Shown here one piece after another: positions 1 to 12,324 of a stretch of 64,000 bases of DNA. Position 1 is the stretch's first letter. Each line of letters begins with the position of its first letter. Both the position numbers and the translations under genes were made by a program. Source of the DNA: Lingula anatina (taxonomy: Eukaryota > Animalia > Brachiopoda); contig CM120643.1 in assembly GCA_051362555.1 (NCBI GenBank), forward strand, positions 27,532,848-27,596,847, given 5' to 3'. Below the pieces are notes generated by a model that was given only the letters and a program-made list of their open reading frames with translations, ran no database searches and was not told the DNA's origin.

Positions 1-1780
1 TAGTACTGGAATGAGTATTTGACTATATTACATGGGTTGTATTGATAATAGTTTTCTGCACTGAATATTGCTGAGGAGAAACATCCATTGATCTGCGGCT
101 GTACCTGGTAAAGACACCACTACTTCTAATCTGATAAAAATTACATATCCTTTGGCGTCTTGATATTGGAGAAGCCTGGATAATTTGATAATGTGTAGCT
201 GACAGGGCCGTTAATCTGGTCATAAAAACTTTGATACAAACCAACCAATCTTTTCTTTTTTCCATCTCATAATTGCTTTTGGCAGACGCATTTTAACCAA
301 ATGTGCTATCCGCATGTTTGTAACAATCAAGCACACTTAGTCATAAGGAAAACATTTTCTGTTAAATTGAATTCTTGGTTTAAGTGTTTTCTTCCACAAT
401 CGACCACTTATCCGCGGATGAAGTAAGGAAGGTAGAGGACTTATTGTTAATACAGGTCAGCGTCATTGCCAAACTATTGCCTGTTTTGTGGTCTCCGTCA
501 AGTGTCTTCCTTCCTGCGGTGCTATGATTCTATAGCAACAACCAAGTTGAAATGGACTTTACCACATGAATTTGGATTTTTTGTATAGTCACTGTTAGGT
601 TGTGACTATTTGTTTGTGTGATTATAAGAGAATTGTTGGGGTTTACTAAATTTTCATTTGTGTATGATTAAAGATGGAAGGTAGATATGGATTTTTGTGA
701 TGTCATTGTAAGTTGTGGACACCAGTTCTTTTTTCTGCGTATTTTGTGGTTACACGCGAGAGCCTGGTGTCAGCCCTGGGGTCTTGTAATTATGTTATTG
801 GAAGTTCTAGATAGGGAGAATGAGTCAGTCTTTTGTCTTGATTTTTTTTTTTTTTTTTTTTTTTTTTGTCAGTGTTTCTGTTTGGTTACCTGTCTGACTT
901 TCTGTGATTGTGTGTGCGTGCATGCACGTGTGTGCTTGTACCTTTTTCGTACATTTCTTCATGTGTCCATGTACAGACAGTAAAAGATGAAACGTGCAAA
1001 ATGTCATTATCAGTGAATTGCAAAGTAAATGAATCATATAAATAATTGCACAACACTTTCTGTGCAATTAAAAAAATTACTCAGAGACAAAGGAAAAAAC
1101 AACCTTACTTTCCACAGATATCACCATATTACTGGTTCCTGTGACAGCTGTCACATTACAAGGTAGACAAGATAGATGATGATTGGCAAGCATCTGACAT
1201 AAATTGGACATGGTAATAAATAGAGGCACCTTAAGGGATACTGCTTATGATGTATTAAATTTAAATGTCTGGAGGCATGTTAGTCAAGTATTATGTTGTG
1301 GTTTCTACAGAAAGTATATTAATACATATGTCATTGTATTGGGTTGACCTGTGTACTCATTTTAAGGAAATGGCAGTTGACTTGTGGAATATTTATATTT
1401 AGAGAGTGCTGTCATCCTGACCACAAACGGGTTATGATTTCTACCAAAATATTGTGTGCTGTCCTCTTTCTCAATCTTATAGCATAGTGTGTGTGTGATT
1501 GTGTGTGTTTAATTGGATTTAAATTGTAAGTTTCATTTTTTCATGGTGCATTTCGAACTGTCAGCCCCCCCCCCCCCCCCCCCCCCCCACCACTGGTCAC
1601 AATATAAGTCCTTCATAGATAATACATTTTCTTTTATCTTGTGATTTGTCAAACTCAAAGTGACAACCTTCATTATGGATGTTTAACACTACACTGAAAT
1701 TGCTTACATGATAAGGAGTCCAGCACTTGTAACTTTCACTTTCACTTTTATTCAACCAATGATATGCATTGTTGTTTTAG

Positions 1781-1882
1781 GTCAGTGTTACACGTGTGGT
1801 GAGATGGTTTCTGGAACCAACGACGCCTGTCAAGCGATGGGGAACCTGTACCATACCAAATGTTTTGTTTGCTGCTCGTGTG
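1781..1882 (+). CDS. WTIP: Ajuba/LIMD1/WTIP-family LIM protein, internal exon (LIM1 first half); upstream exons lie outside the window or were not found
   Basis: ttttag acceptor and gtaagt donor; encodes GQCYTCGEMVSGTNDACQAMGNLYHTKCFVCCSCG (LIM CxxC..HxxCxxC); phase matches next exon. Confidence 0.93.
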
Positions 1883-4800
1883 GTAAGTGCGTACACACAT
1901 GCATGCACACACAAGCACAAAGAGCCTGTACTACACCATTTGTAGCTCCTGTGGTAAGAGAAAAACACTTGCACATGTGCATACTACGGATAGCACATAC
2001 TGCACATGCATGCACAGACAGATTCACTTATACCATGTGCTTCATATGCTGCTTATGTGGGAAGAAGAAAGACACGGTGAAACAAAAATGTTCACCTCAG
2101 TTTTGCATGCCTAAAAATTTTAATGTTAACAGCATTAATCAGCCTAGCCTCTGCTGTACACGTATAATGACTATAAATCTTAAAGTCAATTTTTTCTAGA
2201 AATGAAAACTTTAAAAGGTATAAACAATTTTTAAATAATAGACAAAAGGTCTATAAAAAGCATTGAGGCTGAACCGAATGGCCTGAAAGAAAGAGTACAA
2301 AGCCAGTATTTCCTGTATCTTCATCTTGGCTTGCTGTCAAGAGTATTTGGAGCTGTGTAATATAGATGTTTGTGTGGCAGGTAGGCCGTTTTTTATCATG
2401 ATTCTGTTGTACCTGGCTCCATATAATATATTGGCTGCGGTTGTTGTGTCTACGCACGCAAAGGGCACGGCCACAGCTACCTTCAGCAGGCAACGTTTTC
2501 TCGGCCAAGTTTTAAAACCTGGATACTGTACAGGGGCCCCACCCCAACTAGCATTCCCTGTGTTGTGTGATATTTTCCAGGAGCTCTCAGATGTTTTATC
2601 TGAAACATGAGGTACTTCTTTTTAATCAATAGGTCAAATGTTATCTGGTTTTGTGAAGATGTCTGATGTTATTCAGAGACCTGTACATAAATAATCTTAG
2701 ATAGAACGTTCAGACAAATAGCTCAATAATTTTTTGCAATATCAGAATTTTGAACCAGACCAGTGTTTTAGAAAAAGAGGATGATTTGCAATTTATTTTC
2801 CACCCCTCCCCTCTCCCAGCCCCTTCAGTATACCTACCCATATTCCACAGTCTTGTCTATGTTGATTTCTCTACTAGTAATAATACAAACAAGACACAAT
2901 ACAGAAAAATTATTTTACCAAAAAACTTTTGCCTTGAACTTTGATAATTGTGTCAATAGTCAGAGAGCTATTTATTATGGGTAATCAAAATTCAAATACC
3001 TCATAAGGATGAAAAAGTGGCGTGAAATATTTGAAGCTATTACTTTATTTATAGTCACCAACTATCCCTTTCTCATTTTCCTTGCACCGTTTCCATGGTA
3101 TTGCCATGAAAGCTACACTGCCAGTAGGACGGAAATCAATGATAGTTTCTCTCAAGGGGATTTTGCCTTCTGATGGCTATTTTGACCAGTTTTGAAGAAG
3201 GGGAGTTTTAAGAGAGAAAATGATGCTTTTGTATGAATGAGTGTCCCATGGGATTAAGGAAGATACGGATTAAAATCCACATTATTTATGCAGTTGACTC
3301 TGAGACTGAGATGGAAATAAAGTTGTTTAATACAAAAATAATAGTTTATGGCCGTATTAATGTTTTGTGCGGGCAGACTTCCAACCATAGGCACTTGTAA
3401 GCATGGAGAGAGAAAGAGAGAGCTTTTCTGTGTGGTAAATGACCTCTGAGAAACTGAATATTAGATTTTTCATTTCAGTCTATGCATTACCTCCTACAAA
3501 AATTTAAACTTCCTTTGCAGTGTTGAAAGTCTGAGCTGGGCCAAACACAGACATTAAAAGTGTTAAAAGAACCGTTATAATCTCAGTTAAAGGTGTTCAA
3601 AACCACTTCTAGTTACTCCAGAAGACTAGTTCTTTGTACTCTCACATTAACGTGAAGTAAACCGGGGCCCTATCCAGTGAACCAGAGCAACTCTTTTGTA
3701 GTGTACGGGTCATAATATTTCCTGCCTTTACAAAGATCTAGTTTGTTCATTGGTCGTGATTGAACATGGCAGATTGGATAGGCTTTTACCCCAAGAAGGC
3801 AAATGGATAAGAAACATCATTTAATGACATTTACATTGATGAATGAAGTATTTGTTTGCTGTTGGGCGTTGTTGACTTTAACCTTAGAAGGTATCTAGTT
3901 CAGAAATACTATTTTTTTTAGGTCTCTGAAATTTGTGAATGGAGTTTTTCTTCTAGTGGTGGCCTTGAAAAGGGCATGGTGAATTCAGATATTGGAGAGT
4001 TAAATATACTGTAGCAAAAAATATAGTCTTCAGGGGGTATTTTGAGTGTTATAGTTAACTTCGTATAGTGTATACAGTATAGACCAGACAGTTCAAAAGT
4101 TTCCTTTCCTCAAAAAATTTTTTAAAAAACTAAAAGTGAAAGGTAGTTCTTTTCTCAAGAGACCAGTCTTCTAGTTTCTTTTCACGTCTTTTCTCTCAAA
4201 TTAAGATATTTAAGCCTGTTTAAATAAAAAAGAAAGAAAGAAATGTCTAATTTTAAAACCAATAGTTGACCTATTTTATTGGACTAGTAAAGAATTATCA
4301 ATCAGACTTTAGTAGATACAGTAATATATATATCTCCAAGGCAGCTTGGATATTTTGTGCTGGGTATGACTTCCAAGTGGTGGTGATAATTTAGAACAGG
4401 TTTTTATTCCATTCGTTCCACAGAAATGGTCAGAGGTCTGTAGGGAAACCTTAACATTTACAGTTAGAAACTTAAAACGCCAAGGCAAGCTGGACGAGAA
4501 ATTGTTTTCTACTTAAAAATCCACAGCTATTTGTTACTGTCAGCATAGCAGCAGACGGTAAAGGTCAGGATCTGCTGCTAGGGGTCACTTATTGCAAGAC
4601 AGGCCGCTCAAATGCCAGCTGAAATGTTCCCAAGATCTTTATGTCATATAAACCACTTTTTTTCGCTCTGTTATAATCTCTTTGTTAAGAACAACAGTTT
4701 CCTTACATATCATAATCGAATTTTGTATTTGATAGTATTGAATTGTTTGTTTCTGAAGATGCCCTTGGCTAACCCTTTGCTAAACCTTCCCTTGTACAAG

Positions 4801-5436
4801 TCATTAATCTGACAGAAACATCAAAATAGAAATGCTGAAGGTGTTTGAGATATTGATGATAAGTTTATCCTGTAAACTATGTCAGATATTCCTAACCTCT
4901 GCATTATGTGAAATTCTGGATGTTATCAATGTTCTCTGTGTAAACAAACTGGTACTAGAAAATAGATAAATAAATTATACAAAATTGACCCCAAGCAGAT
5001 AGACGTCTTTGAACAGAAAGACCCTCGTGCCCTTAATGGCAGTAAAATAAGTAAATAAATGTACACATGAATAAATAAATGTACTTGTAGGTGATCCAGA
5101 GACTTGTTGATTTCCCAGTGTTTGTTTCTAAAAATATTCACTTGCCCTGAAACCTTATTATTTCACTGATACATGCATCTGTCCATGAACAAAAGAGTGA
5201 TTATGTTAAGATAATGTTTGTTTTTTAATTTTATTTTTATTTGAATTTATTATTAGTATTAGTATTTTAGAAGAATGCTGCAGTCAAATTGCAGTTAAGA
5301 ATCAAAAGCATCCATTAATGATGTTTGATAAATGTTTAAAAAATAAAAAAAATTATAGATATTATTACACTTAACATGAATTTGCCTTTCATTTGCTATA
5401 TATATAATCTGTATATAAAAGTCTTATGTTTTCCAG

Positions 5437-5504
5437 GGCGGACGTTACGCGGGAAGGCATTCTACAATGTGCATGGAAAAGTGTATTGTGAGGAAGACTA
5501 TCTG
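5437..5504 (+). CDS. WTIP: LIM protein exon (LIM1 second half)
   Basis: ttccag/gtgagt; [23 protein letters not shown], typical Ajuba/LIMD1/WTIP sequence. Confidence 0.95.
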
Positions 5505-6828
5505 GTGAGTTGACGCCATGGAAAAAAGTGAATACTTCGACACTGCTGAAAAATAGCCCCAAGTAAAAACATGGGGGAAATAAGTCCTTCCAGAATCATT
5601 TCTGTACAGAATAAAAAAATTGCCTCATTTTGTACTGTGTTATGTCTGTGAGCGAAATGCGGCAGCTGAAAGACCTCTGTAGCCACTGCCTGCAGGTATG
5701 GAGCAATTAATAGGCTAATTACACTGTCTGTACTTGTACACCTGGGCTGTGTCCTGACCTCAGGTCAAAGGTCAGGGGTCAAAGGTCAGAGGTCATTTGG
5801 TAATAAGGCAATTGTCTAACCATATTGTACTAAACCTGTCTGAACCAATGCCAAAACGGTTGTATTTTTCTGGATGAAGAAGTGATTGTTTGAGAGCGGT
5901 GCCATCAGGTTTATGGCATTTGATTGATTTAGTTTGCTGCTCAAGTTAAACAGCAAAATATGAATTCTTGCAAAAAGCCAGAAAATAGTCAAAACTTTTA
6001 GGGTCAAACAAAATCTGGCCTTGAAATCCATTTTGGCTGAAGTTGAATTGAAAAAAATATTAAATAAAGTGTTTAGCACCTAGGTCATTGACCTAACAAA
6101 ACCAAAAAGAGATTTGGAAAAGTTTACGAAAAGAAATATATATTTGGTAATATAGAATATGAAAGTTTGCTCTCTAAAAGACATATGCATGAGCTTGCAT
6201 ATAAAAATGAGTCGGATCTGAAAGCCAAATCTTGTGGACAAGTACAGAAAGGTTGCCTGTTATTTTATTACCAGTATAAATATAGACCAAGTCCCAGCTG
6301 TTGCTGAGTGACCTCTTTGAAGTTCAAGAATTTTAATCAGGTGCCAAGAAGTTATGGCCTGTTTATGATGCATAAGCTGTTGACAGGGAGATAAAACAAG
6401 CCTCACCTGCCTTGCAGGGGGGGGGGGGGGGGGGGGCGGGGATTGCACAAAAGAAGTAAGAACGGAAATTTGGTCTTGACTTGAAAGTCTTCATTTTTTA
6501 ACCCAAGAATAACCAGTATTCATTATTATTATAACAGTATATGGGGTGTTAGTATAAGACAAAATTTCAATTTATTACAGCAAACTACTATGGTGGTATC
6601 CGTATTGGTAGTTGACCAGCATTTTGGTCTGAAATATCAGAGTCAAGTTTCCTCTAAGGTTCTTTAAATATGGCTTTACATGGGAATTAGAGATCAAAAA
6701 TTCATTTTAAATTTTGATTTCAGGCATTTTTAAATCAGAACAATTTTGTACATAGTCCAAATGTATTTCAATTCAAGTGAAAATAATTTTTGGTCTAAAA
6801 CATGAGATACTTTTGTTCTTTTCGTTAA

Positions 6829-7819
6829 AGACAGTCTCAGCGCGTTAAACCCTTAAAATAGCACGAAAATGAATTTTCCTTGAAATCTCACCAATTTCCC
6901 CATAATGACCAAGGTATATCCTATCCAAAACCGTTCAGAAAATGAAGCTACCTAATACCGTTTTTAAGTTCCATTAAATAATAAAAGACGACTCGTCTTA
7001 AATACTCAGCTACCACCTCACAGTACGGCTTCAGAACGCGCAATTTCTTGCTAAGTCTCGCGGTTTACTATGAATGCAGTACTACGGCTGAGACCCGGAT
7101 GTTACTATTTGGCGCCAAAACAGCAAACATGGCTCAGACGCGCGTCAAGTCTGAAGAGGAGAGCGACAAAAGGGGACGAAAGAAAATAGCCACTCCAGTT
7201 CGAAAGATACGAAAGAAAATTAGAGACAGACAAAGAAGAACTCAGACTGTGTATGTTGGGAGGGAGGTGGGGCGGTGGAGGACACTTAAAGCTGAGTTAG
7301 GACTCACATACGAGGCAATGGCGAAACTACTCCTCGACACGTGAGTATGCGCTTCACAGGTCTCAAGTGTAACTGATTATCATATTATCCTGTTCACAAT
7401 AAATGACAATATTTGTGCTCATACAAAGTTGGTTACGTGTATAAGAGCGTTTTGGGCTTTACGTTTTCTGTTTTTGATCGGTACATGTACCGAAAAGATG
7501 GACAGGCGGCACTTACATGTCTGACAAGTTTCGCTGTGTAGTCGTGACGTCTATCTCATTCTGACTGAAGCCTGCTGTGATTGGTCGTAAGCGTGGGAAA
7601 ATCGAGGTCGTGACCTTGAGCCGGAAGTACTTCTGGCTGTGCTCCGAAATCATGATAAATAGTTTTCGTTTTCTAATTCTTTATTCTAGTTGTCTTAACA
7701 GGACTTTTGTGACTCAGACTTATTAATATAATAATAAACAATCTCACAAAATACAAATCTGATCAAAGTTTTACATAGAACCTGCTTCTATACATTAATC
7801 TAACCCACTGAGACTGTCT
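6829..7819. mobile_element. Non-autonomous Kolobok-like DNA transposon (991 bp) in LIM gene intron
   Basis: TTAA on both sides (6825-6828, 7820-7823); TIR AGACAGTCTCAG(C/T)G(C/G)GTTA; AG termini plus TTAA TSD fit Kolobok rather than piggyBac (CC termini); CpG-rich relative to flanks. Confidence 0.8.
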
Positions 7820-7960
7820 TTAAACATGCAAAATATTTCCTTTGCGGTTTGAACAAATTACAAAATTTTCCTGGCTGGACTGCATTGTTACAGCAGTGAC
7901 TTGAATCTGTTCAGTGGGGGAAAATTATCAATCTCTCAGATACATAGATTTGAAATCATT

Positions 7961-7964
<4 letters not shown>

Positions 7965-8018
<54 letters not shown>
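7965..8018. repeat. (TA)n microsatellite
   Basis: Direct reading. Confidence 0.95.
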
Positions 8019-8024
<6 letters not shown>

Positions 8025-8729
8025 GCATTTGTGGTGCTTTGAGTCTAGAATGGAACCACAAGGTAGCCTGCTTTCCAATTTTGTCGCAACCACCTGATGG
8101 GAATGTTTTAGAATTTATGACTGAAAAAAAATCTTGAAAGTTCACAATTTTCCCTGTTGAAGTGATGGGAGTCATAACTGTACTTTCAGACTGTAAGAGA
8201 ACACTTAGTGATTTATCTGTGGTTAAAGTAGCTTGCAAGTGTTGCCTTAGTTGAGATGAACTGTCGTTCTTGAATTCTTTTGTGTAAATCATGGTCCTTT
8301 TTTTTCTCTTTATATATGTCTGTCCTACAGCTGGGTTAAGGAAGGTTAAGGAAGTGTTAATGTATAGCTGTTGGTGGGCAGACAAGAAACTTCAATAATT
8401 GCACAATTGTTAAAATGTTGGCACAAATCAATCAACATAATCACAGGAAATAATGCTGAGAAGGAAGTGTATTATGTATTTACCCTCCAAGAAAATGTAT
8501 TATATACTCAAAGCATGAGTCACACAGTGAATATGTACGTGCATAATTACATATGATTATGAAAGAACGAGGAAGTAGTTTGTTTTACTGCAAATTAAAT
8601 TTTATCCCTTGTAGCGCTCTAAACTGCTGTTTATCCACCAAATATGGCCTGCAATTTATCTTCCATTATATTTCAGTTAAAATCTTCATGTTTTACAGTG
8701 TGTGTTGTGGTGTAACATCTGAGAAATGG

Positions 8730-9045
8730 CTGTTGTGATGTCACACCTAACATAATGATTGTAGTGTCACAATAAACACCTAATTGTTGTGATGCCACAA
8801 CTACAGCAATGTCTGTTGGGTTGTCACAATACTTGATTGTTGTGCTGTCACAAATAATGGGGAGTCTGTTGTGATGTCAAAATTAACATCTGATCCTTGT
8901 GATGTCACAAATAACACAATCATTGTTGTGATGTCACAATAAAGACTTTACAGTAGTGACGTCACAACTAACACAATCTCTGTTGTGATGTCACAATAAA
9001 GACTTGATTGTAGTGATGTCACAACTAACACAATCTCTGTTGTGT
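8730..9045. repeat. Degenerate minisatellite built on near-palindromic TTGTGATGTCACAA
   Basis: About 11 recurrences at 25-35 bp spacing running up to the exon acceptor at 9052. Confidence 0.85.
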
Positions 9046-9052
9046 ATTGCAG

Positions 9053-9115
9053 TACTCAGGCTTCCAGCAGACGGCAGAGAAATGTGCCATATGTGGCCAC
9101 CTCATCATGGAGATG
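9053..9115 (+). CDS. WTIP: LIM protein exon (LIM1-LIM2 junction)
   Basis: ttgcag/gtaaga; YSGFQQTAEKCAICGHLIMEM. Confidence 0.95.
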
Positions 9116-9261
9116 GTAAGAGAACCGAGGCAGAGACTCTTGTCAAATGTATTCTTAGTCATTTGCTAGTTTCAGTTGATTTTAGCAGTAATACAGAAAT
9201 TTTTCACATCTTAAACAGAGGAAAACTTTAGTTTATTACCTCGGATAATGACCAAGACTTA

Positions 9262-9476
9262 CACCCCATTTCCATAGATTAGATCGACCTACTTTAGATC
9301 GATCTAACTCCCTGGGGGTTCACGCTAAATAGCTGTCAGCCGGGCAGACACGAAAGTTAATTACCCTCTTATAGCTTGTAGTAGGCGGGACGGACATTTA
9401 AGTCAGATTATCTGAAAGTAATCTAGTGAGACTCCCCGCGGGGATAGATCGATCTAATATCTATGGGAATAGAGCC
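9262..9476. mobile_element. MITE, PIF/Harbinger-like
   Basis: Imperfect long inverted ends (ccatagattagatcgacctac / gatagatcgatctaatatctatgg); TTA flanks both ends; left tip degenerate. Confidence 0.6.
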
Positions 9477-9672
9477 TTATTTAAGGCTGTGATTCTGTTT
9501 GAAATTTTAAGCAATACATTGGTGTTGATCTACCTAAGACTGAGCAGTTATAAATAATAGTTTACTTAAGCCACAGACATATTAAATGATTGTCACAGAC
9601 ACAGATGTGGCGCCCTCTTTGATTTGCTGCTTATTACCTGAGCATTCATGTGTATTTCATTCACTAATTTAG

Positions 9673-9803
9673 ATTCTTCAAGCGTTGGGGAAGTCGTACC
9701 ATCCGGGCTGTTTCAGGTGCTGTGTATGTAATGACTGCTTGGACGGAGTGCCGTTTACTATAGACGTAGATAACAAAATCTACTGCGTTATAGACTATCA
9801 CAA
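9673..9803 (+). CDS. WTIP: LIM protein exon (LIM2)
   Basis: atttag/gtaagt; [43 protein letters not shown]. Confidence 0.95.
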
Positions 9804-11092
9804 GTAAGTGAGAGTTTACTGAAAGCTTGGTTACTTTGATTTCTGAGAATTGCTCAAGTTGAACATTGTTGGCATTGCCTAAGACTGCTAAGACTTTTTA
9901 GACACCCAAACTGTTTGCCTGTATCACCAAAGGACTACTGTCAAAATTGGTCAGTGTATAAATTTTTGTGGTAAAAGAAAAACCTGCCTTTTTGTGAATC
10001 GGAATCCTGTCAGTCCTGGTCAAATTACTGACATTTTCAGTCAAGAAATAAAACTGCCTTGTAATGAATTATGGCAATTCAGATGAACTATGTTCGGAAT
10101 AACATCTGTGCTATTAGACAATTTTTTTACATGAGGGTTTCTCTATTTGATATCAGTTTTCAGCTTTTCATATCTACTTATAAAAAGTATATATGCAGTG
10201 TACTTATATGGAACAGTTTTAAGGACAGTTTTTATTTATTGATGAGAAATTTGTTGATACAGCCATCAGCAAATACTGAGTGGTGTAAATAAAAAATTAA
10301 TTTTGATATATATAATTGAATATTTGATTTGATTCCAGCTTCATTTGCTTTATTTGCTTTGATAACAGTGCAGTTCATATGAAATATGGGACATAATTTG
10401 TTTCATGATACTATCAACCATCAAAACTGATTCTACAATTATCAGAACTATTATTATTCAGAACCAGGCATTTGTTACATTGTCATTAGCTGATAGAATT
10501 CTTTTTGCGTTCATGCTAAATATAAAGACCATGTTTCAGTGAACTGCGCTGGGTCTTGGGAGAGGGATTTGCAGCTTTCAAGCTTCTACGCCCAGAAAAA
10601 ATAAGAATATCAGTAGCAATTTATTCCTGGTTACTTGTATTTCTTTTTATGCCAAATTGTAAAAAAAATGGAATTTATTATATTTTATTAATTTTAGTTG
10701 TATCAAATTTGATGCAGTACATTGCATTCATTCTCAAGAAAGATTTGAAAATATAAAAAAAATGTATGATTCTCAACTGCTTGTTAACATCCAAATTGAT
10801 AAGCGAGGAGATAGCAAGTTGTAGCTAAGAGAAGCTTCAGTGGGATCAAAACAACAATGATCCCACAGGCATATAAAGTGATACAATCCTAACTGTTGGG
10901 GTCATTTACCACCCCAAAGTCTTTTTACCAAATATTGTCATTTTATGGTAAGACAACAAAAACTGGCTAATATTTTAATAACTGTATGGCAGAGAGGTTT
11001 TAAAGTACTTTGTACCACTCTGGGTGTATTAAAGAACACCTGTGTGAAGTATTTAGTATATAAAGTTCACTGGAAAACCCCCCTTGTTTCAG

Positions 11093-11144
11093 GATGTATG
11101 CACCTAAGTGTGCCGCTTGCGGGCAAGTTATCACTCCAGTAGAG
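11093..11144 (+). CDS. WTIP: LIM protein exon (LIM3 start)
   Basis: tttcag/gtaaat; (K)MYAPKCAACGQVITPVE; phase consistent. Confidence 0.93.
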
Positions 11145-11713
11145 GTAAATATTACATTGAAGTGTGTTTGTATGTGCATATGAATGTAATGTTACTTGCA
11201 GGCAACCTATCAACCTAGTCTAGAAATTGAAATTATCATTTCCTTTGGACAAACTGTGTGTGTGCGTGCGTGTGTGTATGCACACAAATGTGTGAAATGT
11301 CAGCCTGTTTGTTTGTGCGAGAATTGGTGCTTTTCACCAATGTGATTTGTGTGTCAGTGTTCTCTATATTGTTTTGAAAAACATACCAAGTACCTACAAT
11401 TCTTCTATATTTGAAGGCCTCATGTCCTGATATTGGATGCGAGTTGTTGATTTGGATTGATTTAGTTGATTTGTTTCAGTATTGCTTAGCATGCTGCATG
11501 TTTGGCTAGATTAGCTGCAAACAATAAAAATTTTAATGATGAGATGGATGTATATTTTAATAAAAACCTTAATATTAATCATCCCAGCAAGGGGACCTGG
11601 GTGGAATTGTCAAGGAATTGTTATGCAGGTTTCCTCCACTGGCCTTGTGTGTTTTCATTTCTTTGTAGCTGAAGTATATTCGTGTATTCTTATTTTTCTG
11701 ACTTTTTTTCCAG

Positions 11714-11782
11714 GGAACAGAAGAAACTGTGCGGGTAGTTTCCATGGACAGGGATTACCATGTGGACTGCTACTGTTGCGAG
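11714..11782 (+). CDS. WTIP: LIM protein exon (LIM3 middle)
   Basis: ttccag/gtatgc; GTEETVRVVSMDRDYHVDCYCCE. Confidence 0.95.
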
Positions 11783-12324
11783 GTATGCACGCACACATGC
11801 ACGCACACACACACACCAACAGTGCTTTCACCATTTTACTAGCTCATGGTGAAAGTTTATTTGTAGCTTGAGGATTTATTTGTTGATGATTGAGAATCAT
11901 GATTTGTAGTAGGTGATTCAGAAAAGTAAGGAGTCTGTTATCACTGCTGTCTTGTATTTTGTTAAAGATATTCTTAGAAATCAGTTGTAAAATGAAAGTC
12001 TTTGTGTCAGCAACGTATGAGTCACTTACATTAAGTTGAAACATAAGGGTAAGTGAGTAATACATGGATGTCTTACATTCTCAGATGTGTCATAATATTT
12101 AGAGGTGACACCATTCACTCAGATTGATCAAATTTAGAACAGCTGAACATCTGAATATTTATATTAGGATTACTTTTTGAGAGCCATCAGATACTGTTTG
12201 ATGCCAGTCCCCAAGTACAGACAGTTTTATATTGTATAAATGTAATCTTCTGTATTTGTAAACATAAGAGTCAATAAAAGGAGTGTTCTTGTAGTTCTAC
12301 AATTTGATATTTTCTGTTTTCTAG

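Noticed and set aside
1883-2199. Cys/His-rich continuation of ORF 1708-2199 as extra LIM domain
   Set aside because: A canonical donor at 1883 joins in frame to 5437; the continuation is intronic duplicated fragments without proper LIM spacing
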